Of a stretch of 64,000 nucleotides of DNA, positions 12,101-25,278 are shown in pieces. Made by a program: the position numbers and the translations under genes. Location of the stretch: NCBI GenBank assembly GCA_000934665.2, contig JYFJ02000166.1, positions 124,001 through 188,000 on the forward strand. The letters run 5' to 3'. Source of the stretch: Catajapyx aquilonaris. Lineage: Eukaryota. Below the pieces are notes generated by a model, which worked only from the letters and a program-made list of their open reading frames with translations, was not told the DNA's origin and ran no database searches. Each line of letters opens with the position of its first letter. Position 1 is the first letter of the stretch.

Positions 12101-15100
12101 GATGATCGTTTTGCGAGATTACTGCGACTTTATCAGTCATGTCGATCAGAGATGAGTGTGTGCACTCCATCAGAAAATTGGGGAAGTACGTGCAAATGCG
12201 AAAAAGCGACTTGCGTAAAATTTAGTTTTCAACAGGGCAGTGGAATCCTAAATTACTGCTCTGTCTGAGGTTGTGGTGGCTGTTTAACGTGGTCGGTGTC
12301 GCTGCAAAATTTGAGTAATTGCGAGTATACGATGTACCGCATTGTGTGAACTGATGTTATTGACACGAACCTTCTTCAGCATGCTGCTGATGCAAAGAGA
12401 CGCTTGGATGCGGCACGAATTATCGCAATATTCTGCCACAGACTTATAGTCTACAGGCTACTGATAGAATTCGACATGGCAAGGTAGTGGAAGATCTCCT
12501 TCGAGTGACCTTTTGCTTGGTGTCAAGGAGTCCGAACTAATGAATGGGCTGAAACAAGTCATGTTAAATCACGTGTAAATGCCATCGCTCGAGGAATACA
12601 GTGCACACTCGGAGAGGAAACGTGGGGGGTTTCCATACGAAGTCATGTGAATGCCAGTCAGTGCTGGGCATGAAGTCAAAATCTCTATAATGGAAACCTC
12701 AAAAATGATACTGTACTATAATTTTGGTCAAACCATGTGTGGATATGTGTGGAGTTCTGAGGTTGACACATTGTTTACATTAATGAGGCGTTTATGTGGA
12801 AACCAAAGTTTTTCAGATGTACGCCATTGGCTTGGATTGGGGATTTTTCCAGACTTACATATGCACCTAAAATTAAACTGCATTTTGAACATTCATAATT
12901 GAGGGCGTATGGAAATCTGTCAGTGAGAATCCATAGATGCAAGGAAATCCCTGTGGACACATGTTTTCCTCGAGTGATTTTTTCCATGAATTGATCGCAC
13001 ATTGCAAATCCTGCAACATACAATAATTGCTATTGACCTTGTCAAATTATCAGTGAGATTTTGGGATATAAAAAAATTAGGAATAGTCAGAGAGAAACAT
13101 GCAATCCCAAAGGGGATCGCTTGACGATCATCACTGATAAAGTCTTGGCTTTAGAAGGAGGGGACGAGGGCTGAGGCGTGGGGGTGACGACGTATCTTCT
13201 TGGGTGTTTCAGATCTGCGTTTGTACCGAGAGAACAACGTGAAGAAGGCCAGCAGGAGAGACTGGGAGTGCGTCTGCGTGACCTACCAAGACTGGGTGTC
13301 GTTCCTCAAGCAGTTCCGAAAGACAACGAACGTGCAAGAGCGCGAGCTGTACCAATACCTGAACGAGGACCTGTTTCCCTTGATAGAGGGCCAACTGAAG
13401 GTGAGATTTGTGCGAATAAGGAATTGGCGCTGCAACGGTCGATCATTTCCTGTTGTCGTCCTTGGTGCCTTGCATTCTTGCATCCGAATTAATATTTATA
13501 TAAAAAAAGAAAATAGGAAGGAAAGAAAAAAACCGGTGGCATTAACTTTGCTGCAATACCTGTTCCGCGTGGTGTTCTGGCTACTGCAATGCCAAAATGC
13601 TGTGGCACATGTCGTTTTGGGGTGAGTGATGTGCAACGATAATTACTGTCCACAGGGGGTCGTCGTCCCCTGCCCACTGAGGTCCGGCCGGTAGTCGTGG
13701 TGACAGACGTTTGTTTGGAGAAGCCGGACCTCGAAGCAACCCTAATTGCCCCATTACAATCATATAGGTTCGCAATCTGGCCTGTTGAAGGAAATTTCCA
13801 AACAAAGATGGGGAGCGTTGCTGCCAATCCGCGGAAATTTGTAGCGAATAAAAAAGAAATTGATTTCCGAGAACCGAGCCACCGCGTGACACAGAAAAAC
13901 AACTTAATTGGTCCATGCCCCCAGAGTGACATAACCTGCTGAGGGACAAGATATGCTGTGATTTGATCAGTTGTCTGCCTTTAGGAGCTGCGGGGCCGTC
14001 CAGGAGACACCGGCGGCAACAACCACTTGGGCAACAATAGCGGCCTGCCGGATAACGAGGAGCTGGTTCGACGGGAGCAAGAGGAGCTGGCCACCATGAT
14101 CAAGGAGAGCAAGGAGGCGGCGGCCAAGCGGGACAAGAAGAGCAGCAGCGGAGGAGGAGGGGGCGGCGGGGGCGGCGTGACGATCAAGAGCGAGCCGACG
14201 GAGGGCGTCGCCCCGGAGGTGACGCCGAAGGAAGAGCCGGTCCTGAACGGTGAGACGGAGGGTCCTCCGAGTGTGGGCGGAAGCAGTGCCAACAGCAGTA
14301 GTGGTGGTAGTGTGGGTGGGAATGGTGGGTCCGGAGGGAGCACCAACAGCGGCGGCGGAGGGAACGCGGCGACTGTGTCCAACTGTGTGGTGAACAGTGT
14401 GAGTGGTGGCGGTACCGGTGGTGTGAGTGGGTCGGGCAGTAACAGCAATGGCAGTAACAGTGGCGGTGCGACGGGGCCCGGAAGCGCCCCTGCCACCAAT
14501 GCCAACAATGGTGAGGTGAAAGGGGGCAGTGTTGGCGCCGCGTGTGCCAAGAATGGGAGTGCAGGGAGTGGTGGGAGTGGATCGACGGGAGGGTTCGGAT
14601 CCGCCACGCCCTGTTCTGTCGCAGACAACTGTGCCATCGATAGCTTACAAGACGGTGAGTACTATACTTTGCATGCAACCTTATCCCTACAGCGTAGCAT
14701 TTGGGTGTTACAACCCTCAAGTGTGCAGTAACAGCAAAAGTCGGTGCCAACAGAATTCCCGGATGTTGTTACACATTAGGGATGATTAATTTGCACTTTT
14801 GGGTTGGTACTGTAGGGCCTGTCAACCATAGTGGGATTTTCAGCGGTGTGCTAAAACTTGCTTGACAGTGGTGTACAAACTCTTGCCACTGGAAATCAGG
14901 TTTAACCACCTGTTTTGCTCCAGGTGGAAATGGGACCCAGAGCGCGTTGAGAGACTTCATATACCTTCAGTGACAATTAAACGCGCCCATGCTCGCTAGT
15001 GAATAGTATAACCGGCAATAGCACCCACAGCATATTTATGCACTAAATTACAGTAAAAATATTTGATCTGTACTAAAAGTGAACAAATGTATCGAGGAAT

Positions 15101-18100
15101 CAGAAAGCACTTTTGAGGGGTCTGATATAAAAAATGGCCAAGTCAACTAGGAAAAACGGGCAGCTCAGGAAATGTGCAATTAATACCCAATGACATTAAA
15201 ATACATAATTGCTGCACGTATTAGTGCCCCCCCCCCCNCCCCCCCCCCCACATGGACTTGGCCTTTTTAAATCTCATCAGATCCGTCATATAGACGTATC
15301 AGCTAGTGTGATTGCTTGATTTGGTTTACTAACCGCCAGAGGTTTCTTGTCAAGTAGTCGGTCTCCAACTGACTTTTGTTGTCAAGTAGGATTACTAGGA
15401 AGGGGCCACGTTTGACATGACTGTAACCGTGACAAAACGGCGATGGCTGGTTTGATATGTTGGGATTATAATGCAAAGTGTGTGTCTGTCCAACGCGGCG
15501 GAAGTGTTCCCCTGTCGTGGGTTCTCGGAAACGAGAGAGAGAGAGAGAGAGAGAGAAGAAAAAAACATTGAAGACGAAGGCGAGGAGCCCTAAAGACAAA
15601 GGGAGCCCATCTGGAAGCTCTCAAGTTATTCCATTGGTTTTGGGGAGGCCCAGACATGCTAACCCAGTGAGCGGAGCGTCCGTCTGGCGGATATCGCGTG
15701 GGAAATGGCCGTGGAGCCGCGTAATTTCCTCGGGAACTATCTTCTCAAGTTGGCTGTTGGGAGCTAATTCCAAAACTTCGCGTCTCCGAGAGAGCGAGAG
15801 AGAAAGACCGCCGCCCGAGGTTAGAGTTTGGGATCTTCCAAGGAGATGAACGAGGATGGAAACAGTTTCAATTTCGACTCCCTTTATAGTTTCGGAAATG
15901 AAATCACCGTCGCCTGTGATATCTGCGGAGATTGGCCGGGCACGTTTATGCGAATTATTATCACTGCATGCTGCGGATTACTGGCAGGCGAGACCTTCCC
16001 TTATTCTTTTTCTTATAGGTTTCCCAAAAGGTGCAGTCGAGGGTAGAAAATGTGCCGGCACCGTAATTTTTACAGTGACGTGGTTAGATGCAATTATCGA
16101 CGCAATTTAGATATCGTGGAGATACGGCGGTTTGCAGCTAGAGCCGGGCACCAGAAGCACATGTAACGGTTTGCTGCACTACCTTGAAGGAGTGAAGGCA
16201 AAATTGCGAATGATTGACAGGCTATCTGGTGCGTGAAGGAAAAGAAATGGTGGCGCTCTGTCTTTGCCCCTGGAGTTTATACGACTGGGTAAACAGGACG
16301 GGTTCACGGGTTGCGTGTTTGGATGAACGGGTATGGAGAAGTGTAGGGTGATTCAGCGAACATCTAGTCAGGGGGGCGTACATAACTTTAAAAGGAAAGA
16401 GACAATGCAGGGTGTCACTGACCATGTGTCACTGCTTAAATTGAGTGACGTCCACATAATTTATAGCCATGATTTGCATAGACAACGTGGCTTCGAATGT
16501 TGGAAAGCTGCATTTTTAAAATGAAGAAAATTGATCTACAGAAAAATGTCTTCCGGAGAACTAGGGATTTGTCAGCAACTAGCAAATATTATTCGTATGT
16601 AAAGGTGCTGTTACTGTTGAATGTAGGCTATACGTTAGCCGTTGGGAGGGTATCACGGAAACACCCGGCCCACTGTAATAATATGTCAATTCAGGCGCTT
16701 GGTGGGATATTGTCCGCTGATGGCAGGTTCCACACTATTTGAATGCAAAGTGGGTGCAAAAAAGATAGCCTGAGGTAACAAACTGTGTCACATTACATGT
16801 AATACAGGCACGGCGGCACAATAACCGATCACTCGTCACCAACCGCCAGCGAATACAAAAACTTGGAGGCTCAATAAACGCCGTTTCATATTGATCATTG
16901 ACCGGTGACGCAATCGGCGCTGTGTTTTCTGTCGTGACGATACGTTATCACTCATGGAGTGTTTCTATATGCAGAGGGCGACCGGCACGTGGTGATTATC
17001 CGTCCGTCCACCGATAAACACCGGGCATGCAATCGTCATCCGCTGTTTTGGTTTTCACAGTATTTACCAACAACCGAGTGGAAGTGGGGAGGTTGCAGAC
17101 TAGTGATATGGAGGCCAGAAAGTGGAAACTATCGATCTGGTATTGGCACGCCGAGACTGCTGGCAGAGGCCACCGCCGCATTGTTTCCACTCTCGAGACC
17201 TGATACAGCCGTTAGGTTTTTTTTTCTTCTTTTCCGTGCTTTCGGTGATGGGATGCACGGCGCTGCTTGGTCGCATCTGATGAATTTTTTCCTCGGGTCA
17301 AGTAACTGACCACAGCCGTTCGAATATCGCGACCAACTTGTGTTCTTTAAAAAATAAACAGGGCGCGGAATTGTTTGCGGTGTAGGTGTTGACGTTGGTT
17401 CACAATAGAAGATGGAATTTTCTAAAAGAGTACTTAAATTGAAGGATAGCACAGCACTAACAGGTGCATTAGATCGCATTGTTATTGTGTAACTTTGGCG
17501 TGTCATCCACATCGCGCTTATCAACCGACTAGGCTTCCACGGGTGTCTGCCCATTGTTAACTATTTTTTTTTCTTTCTTCTTCCTCTCCTGCTCTCACAT
17601 CACGTGAGTGGCAGGATAATATCCATTCACAAGGAGACTTCGTTACGGAGTTTTAGTTCTCGTGGAAAAAGAACTCGGACTGCTTGCTGCTGCTCGCTGT
17701 GAAGGAGAATGGTGGTAGCCACTTCTGCAGGTGCATCAGTTTCCGCGTGAATTTGACACGCTTTTGTCGGATTTCTGCCAGGATTTGGTATGCGCCAATT
17801 TGAGTTTACTGGAGTCGCGATGTTTAGGGGAAAGGACCCCCGAGACAATCGTCCCACACGATGCCGTCGTTGTTCCTGGTTCTTGGACCTAGTTCTTGGA
17901 TAACTAACTGGGTTGGTCTTGCGGCACCGCCACCACCCCGTTGATGCCCCGTCCCCGTCAGACAAATCTCTCCTGGTTGAAATGGCAAAGTTCGGACGTG
18001 CCCCCCCCCCNCCCCCCCCCCCCTCAATCCTCCCCCCTCGAAGGTCGGTTTCCTTGGTGACGTTGTCAGTCCTTCTTCCCAAAATGAGGAATGGCCCTCA

Positions 18101-21100
18101 GGAGTGTCGCGTGAAAGGAGAAGCCTTCTTGGCGTGCCTCTGAGTGGAGGAACAAACGAGTTAATGGACGCCGCGACCTTGTGAACTCAGGAGGAGGAAG
18201 TCGGGGCCCCTGCCTTATGCACACTACAATATTTTTTTTATCGTCAAATTTTTCTAATGTGCCTGCCCCCCCTCCTATCCGTATGAAAAATCCGGTTTAG
18301 CTTGGGCCGCCTCCCACGCCCTGCCCGGAACGGAGTGCTATCAATGCTAGAGACTGCATCATTAGCATTGCTTGGGAGTCAATAGCCCAAACCAGTTTTC
18401 AGCACGGGGCACGGGGTGGCTGGAGGGGGAGTTTGGTTGGTTGGTTGGGGGGAGAAAGAAGGAGTTGGTGGAGGGGAGAGAAAAGAGAGGCCATTATTTT
18501 GTGCTGCGGGTTAGGATTCGGCGGCGGCGTCACTTGGGTAGCTAGCTGGCTGGGGCTCTTGCTTTTCGGTGGTTTGTCCTGCCAGCCAGCCAGCGGCCTC
18601 TGAAGAAAGGCGGAGGAAACGGCCCTTCCTGCAGCTGGAAGCACGTTTTGAGGCCACCAGGATTGAGTCGGTTCCAAGTGGCGGAGGTGGAAGGATGTGT
18701 CGTGGTCAACAAAGTGCTGCCACATGGGCCAGGAGGAGGAAGAGGTGGAGGTGTGTGTCCGTGTTGTGTGTTGACGACCGATGTTTTTGTGGTTGTGGAT
18801 CTGGATGATGGTGTGCTGTGGCCGCTGTGGAATGTGCGGGGAAAGAAGGGGTTGGCAATCAGGTAGAGCGGGAATCCAGGAGCGACGCAGAAATACCGTT
18901 GTGGATGGATCGTTGGGGGGGAGAGAAAAACGGACGCCGTTGTGAGCAACAGTTGGTGCCACGTATCGGAGGTGTCGGAAGAAAATCAGTGGAAGCGACC
19001 TGCAAATGCATTGAAATAATTTTTTTTAGGTCGTTCACTCTCCTGTCAGAGTCCAAATGATCCTGCGTGGAGTCCCCTCTTTTGTTTTGGAAACGCTCGG
19101 AAAATATGTAGTCCAAGGATAAGTCGGGGTAGATGAGAAGCTCACGGAGAATTTTCTCCAGGCGGCTTGTATAGCCGCGATAAACTCGTCAATTTTGATA
19201 CCAAGTCGGGGAAACGGGGACGTTTTTAAAAAGACCCCTCTTTTTATGCACGGGCGCGAGTGTGTGTGTTCAGTGCGGTAAAGGGAAGGTTAAAAGATCA
19301 GGACGGCAGGCACACAACCTTGCCTCAAATTTCGGCCTGTGCCACATTTGAAGTAGAAAGGGGGCATTATCAGGCCAGTGGGGAGGGAGAGGAAAAAGAC
19401 CCCCTCAAGAAGAAATGGGCAAGAATAATGATCCAAAATTGAGGCGCAAGAAGGAGGGAGGTTGGGTGGGAGGTGGGGAGTAAAAATCTTGAGAGCTGAG
19501 GAATGACTTTCCCCCGCTGCGTTGGCGCTGCAAGGCTCGACCTTTTGTTTCCCGGGCTGATTGGGAAGGCGCCTCCGGAGGAATAGGGTTGCAATAATCT
19601 GTTCCACGTAAGAGAGCACAGGCGGCGTGACTTGGGCCTGTTATCCGGGGTATCAGACAGGGCGGAGTTCTCTCCCACCCCCACCCGACCTGCCAACCCG
19701 CCCTCAACTTCGCCCACTCGTTGCGCATGGTAGCCGCGCAAAACTTGTAACGAGAGACGGTAAAGTTGGGCGGCCCTCTGGTTGAGGTAGTTCATGTCCG
19801 CAGGTTCAGGCCAGGTAAAGCTCCTCGGCCTTGGGGTGCACTACAGGTGGGCCACCCAACCTACAGGGGTGGCTTCCCAGCTTTTATTTTTCTGGGGGTG
19901 TTGGGAGGTCATTTCGCGTGAAAGGTCAATGCTTCGGGAAAATGTACCGTACGTTTCTTTAAACTGTCGCTTCTGGGGCGAAATGTGTTGAGAGGTGTGG
20001 AACATGTCGTGCGTGTGGCGACAGAAATGATTACATACACATGGAAAAGGCATGGGCGCTGGGAATATGGTAAAGCCCTGACAGAAAGGGAGCTCATCTT
20101 TTTGTCCCGCCTCTCAAAAGCGTTCAAATGACAGTTAATGAGCAGAAGCTGCGACCCGGTCCTCCCCCCACGTGTAGCTTCACACAAATGGACTGCGGAA
20201 TAAATAACCCCTCCATCCTCTCCCCCCCAAAAAAGCGACCAGGGTGGGAGCAGATATCCATTTGAACCGGTGAAACCGAACGTGTCCATCGGTAGCGTTC
20301 CCAATTTGATCGGAGCGCATTAGGCACAAAAGGAGTGCAATTGTCCGTGCAGGATCGGAGCGGGACACATAACGCTTGTTTCCGCCATTTGTTTGGGGCA
20401 TGCCAGCATTTTTGGAGATGAATGGCCCCGGTCCTGCCCATCTCTTGTTATTCCTGCTCGGCCGATAAGGGCTTATCCCCCGCCGAAAAAAAAAGTGGTT
20501 CAGGAAATGGCGATGACGGTGACCGGTTGATAATTGCTTGGGTGCCAGCAAGGACGCGGGTTGACAATCGCTTTGGCGGCAGGTGGCGGAGGTCAATCGC
20601 CGGAAGAGGTGAATGGCGGATCCGATCCAGCTCTCAAGAACGTTTACGCGCATTATTGGATTGCGAGAGTGGAAGAAGAAGAAAAAAAAAGATTGGGGGA
20701 GGAAGCCGTGAGCGATCCCTCTTCCACCTCCCCACCCCAAACGATTCAAATCGAGCATGGACTCCGTTTGCAGATCGCGTCAAATCTGATTCCAGTCATT
20801 CAGGATGGGGGGAGATCCCATTTCCACGTGCTTTTCTTGACGGGGAAAGAGCCATTGACCAGGATTCAAAGCTTGGAAAGCTGATCTGTTTGCGAGGATC
20901 TGGCGCGTTTGGAAGTAACGGACGTGGCAGGTTATTTGCTGCTTTGTCGAAAGGGCGTACCAGTTAGGGGTATCAAACTCTGGTGTCATTCAGAGTTGGT
21001 GGAAGACGTTTTCTAAAGTGCTGGGCGGTTGTATCAACTCATCAAGAGGAACTCTCCAGTTACGTCTACATAATCTGAGATTTTTCTCCCTATTTGCTGT

Positions 21101-24100
21101 CATTACTCGGAATGTAATAAACTTTTTTATTTCATGGCCGTTACGTCATGCAAGCATTGTCCCTACTCGAGTTGTTAGTAAGACCATGATGTCATTGTAA
21201 TACCGACAACAGTGAGATTAATGGGAAGTCTTGACACTCATTAACAGTGCGTATAGGTCATTTCTTCTATTCGTACTTTTTGTTGGAGCTTTGTCACTTC
21301 TTACATTGGGATATATCAAAATATCGACCTTTTTGCATGGAGAGGAATAGTGTTGTTTTTCACATTGCATGTAGAAAAATTTATGGATTTTGAGCAAGGT
21401 AACCAGGTGACCTATGCAACGTGTTTGACGCCGCAATGAGTTCCTGTTCCTTGCGATATATGCTAGTCGTAAACAATCAAATAATGACAGCATTCTGACC
21501 GGGCTGTGTCTGGAAGTAACATTTAAAGCGCAGATTACAACGCGCTGAAAACCAATAAATAAAGTGGATCGGCCTTGGCACGGTGCTGCTGACCTCATGC
21601 ATGGTTTACGGTCAGTCATAAGCAATTACTAATTAAATATCGCATTGGGATTTCGTTCTGCCCTCTGGTCAAGAGAAAGGGGACGAGTTCTCCCTGGCCC
21701 CTCTCCATCATACGTGCGACATTTAGCCTGCTGGAATTAATTCCTCCGTGAGTGTCAACACGTCTTTTGGTGGTGTCCGTGTCTCGCGGATTGGTGTGTG
21801 CTACTGGTTCATGCGGACGTAGAAGTCTCCCGGTTCTATAGACCTGCGCTGCAGCACGAGTCCTGTTGTTTTGTTTGTGAGGGTAAATTCTGACGTGGGA
21901 CCGTTAAGTGACCTCAGAGGATGACCAGCGAGGGCAGCGATAAAGGGCTGAAAAGGCGGCTGCAAGTGGAGGGGTGGGTGGGTGGAGAGGGGCTGTTTGC
22001 TTAACCAGCGTGTTAGCCCTTCTTTTGAAGGAGCCGATTCGTCCTACAATAGGGTGTGTATAAACCTGTGAAAGGACCCGACGATTATTCAATGAAACGG
22101 GGCTCGGAATGCGTAGCGTAACATGTTTGTATGCCCTCCGTCGAATTGTGCCCCCGACCTGACACCCTCCCAACCAAATGTGCTCGGGATATCGACTGAT
22201 TCGGTTCACAATTTGGGGTGGGCAAAGAATCGGGTCCAGCATTTTTAGTGGGGGGGTACAATGAGCTGGCGGGATGAATAGGCTGGCTGGTGACCGTTCC
22301 TTGCAGTGTATTGCACAGTATTGAGATCCGATATGTGGAGAATGTGCCGTGTGACAGGTGCATGAGTGACAGCTGGATGTCGGGAGTCGGACCGTGACGT
22401 GTTGACACAAGTTGAAGAGGCGGGTCGATACCATTGTTCATATAGGCTCCGGTACGTGTGGACTTGTGTTTTAGGCCCTGAAAATACCGTGCACACACAC
22501 AGACACCATACACACACACAAAAAAAGGTGGAACGTGCTTCTTTGGCCGATGGGTCTCCGGACTCTGGAATGCAGTGACCATTTTTCTTTTCCACTTTTT
22601 TTCCTCCCCCCCTGGCTCTCCCCCTCAGCTCCTTCGACCCTTCCGTGGCGCTCACAAAAACTGCCCTTGTCTGCCGTGGTTCTCGTAAAGAAGTCGGCGC
22701 CCATTAGCCACTGCGCTGCAATCATTTTTGGTGGTGCTGGTGGTGTATAAGGAGAAGGAAAAACCAAGGAGAGGGCCCATGGGCTTTGGGTCAAACCCTT
22801 GGCTGGAGGGCTCCTCGTGTAGTTCTGGGAAGTCCACCCAGCGCACCACCACCACACTAGACCCAACCACCACTTGCTTTAGCTGGCTGGGGTTGTTTTG
22901 CTGGGAGGAGGAGGAGTTGGTGGCCTCAGGATCTTCTTAAAACTTGCCAGCTCTTGGGGGCTGAAAGCAAGGCAGAGGATTCCTGGCTGTGTGTTTGCTA
23001 GTGCAGGAGTTTTGATTAAGTGCTGAACGTGGATCGAGTGGGTTAGTGGGCAAGAAGTGTGTACATGAAAGGTGCGTGCAGATGCTGTTGCAATTTGTTC
23101 CCCAAGTGTCTTGCTTTTGAACAGCATGATTTTACTGGTACATGTTGTGAGCACAGTTCTCGTGGGGTAATCATGTCAGAATTACAAGACAGTGGTGCTC
23201 ACAGACAGTTATGTATGTACAGTCAAATCGACTTAATTGCAATATGGTTGACCGCTGCAATTACTTGCAAAAGATTGCCAAACTCAGCTCATTACTGCAC
23301 CTCTGGGTTTGTCTGTGTAATCAACTTGGCCTGATAACTGCATAAGTTTGCTGACAAATGGGTGATGCAATTAAGTGGATTTTACTGAGTAGTTCACCAG
23401 AGCTGTGTGTATGATCATTTATCATTACAAGATGGATAGAAAAATTGACCCACAAGCAAGTGGGTTGTGCATTTACTTTGACAAAAATTTTAGTGGTCAT
23501 CACAGCATGGTGAAATGTTGCACTCTAGTCAGATAAAACTACCCTGTAATTGGGTTGTCTCTCTCATTACTGTGCATTTACACATGAATTTCCTTTCATT
23601 GCAGTCAAGCCTTCAGTTGCTGAAAACAGCTTACCAGAGAGTTTACAGTGTACAAATCCGACAAAATCAGAAGACCAAGCCAATAGCAGTGCAAACAATG
23701 AATTTGGTGGTAAGTGGATTAGAAGTCAGCCAGGCGGATACTTGTTTGGAATGAGGCGAGAGCGGTGATTGCAATGTTGTGTTTGTTCCAGTGCCAGATC
23801 CATGCCAAGCCATGTCATCCATGGCAATGGGATCCATGTCGAGTTCCTCGGGCCATCCTCCTGACGGGGTGCAGCCGCTTCCAAGCAACGTCATCAACAA
23901 GCAGCCAGGCACCATGGAGGCACAGTACATGCAGCAGCAGAGTCAAATCTTTGTGTTCAGCACCAAGCGTGCAAACATGGCGGCAGAGTCCGTGCTGCAG
24001 GGTCAATTCCCATCCATCATAGCCTACCACTGCGCCGAGCCTGGGACCAAGAAGTATCTTGAAGTGAGTGTGTGGTGGCGTGGCTCTCAGTGCTTGTGTC

Positions 24101-25234
24101 GCTAACAGGTTTCTTCTCTTCGCCCAGAAACATCCCTTTAAAGTGCAACAGTTCACCAGGCAAAACCCGGCGCAATGGCTCAATACCCTGGCCCAAGTGA
24201 AGCAGAAAGGCGGGTTGGGATCTCTCAAGGGGATGAATCCTCTTGGAGGTCCTGGAAACCTTCCGCCTGGACCCAACAACATTCTTCCTGACTTCCCTGG
24301 TGGACCAGGCATGGGAGGGCCACCTGGAGGCATGGGCTGTTGGAATCAGGTACGATTTGTGTTAAGAGAAAATAGCTCCCCATTGCATGCAAGTTGAAAA
24401 GAATCTCTGGTACTGCATTGAATGCTGACTGTTGTACATTTTCACTTATCTGGAAGAGAAGTGCAAATGTAATGACACAGCCTAGCTCATGATGTGGTTA
24501 GGCATTATTTGTCATTCTTTTATGCTAGGTACAATATTGCCTGAATTAACCCTTAACTACGTAGGTGGGTGAAACACCTTTAACTATGTAGGTGGGGCCT
24601 GAGAGGCTCCAACGGTATATTTAAATTTCTGCTTATCAACTAAATTGTTATATTGGACTTTTCACATACAGAAAGTGCAGTTCAGATCATTAGGCTTCCG
24701 ATAACGTAAAAATCACACGCTGAGTCAGCATATTCCGACAGCATATTCCGACAGGGAAAAATTCTTAATTAAAAGGTTACATCATGCTTGAGCCGCTCAG
24801 TCTTCACCTGCATAGGTAGAGCCAGTATAGAGTCCAGGAGGGACCTGTTCCTCGTTACGAAATTTTTTTAAACCCAACAATAGGGACTAAAAAAAATTTC
24901 TTTCCTTTTCATGCTTAGGAAGGTTTGTCTGACAAAGTCACGGAAGGACAAGGGAAAATAAAATTCGATGAAAAAGTTACATGCGTTTAAATAGTGCTTG
25001 GAGCCTCTCAGGCTCCACCTACGTAGTTAAGGGTTAAGGCATAGGGCGGTTAGCCCCCAGCCTTCCATCTCTGATGTCTCGAGTTCAATTGCTGTATCAG
25101 ACAGAGGAGTTTCTCCTATGGAAATAGCTTCATTGGGTTTCCTGTTTGTTCACATGGATTTTGTCAGTGTTCTCCCCTTTCCTTCAGCAATCAAAATACA
25201 TTGGTGTAATAATAATAATAATAATAATAATAAC

Positions 25235-25278
<44 letters not shown>

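Noticed and set aside
13981..14750. Minus-strand 218-aa and 188-aa ORFs
   Set aside because: Antisense shadows of the Gly/Ser-rich BCL9 exon.
14655..23791. ORFs of 100-190 aa in the 9-kb BCL9 intron
   Set aside because: Low-complexity, no domain resemblance, no consistent splice sites; includes poly-C tracts with ambiguous n bases.
25038..25095. Weak tRNA/SINE-like head next to the MITE (gagttcaatt B-box-like)
   Set aside because: Too degenerate to support a call.
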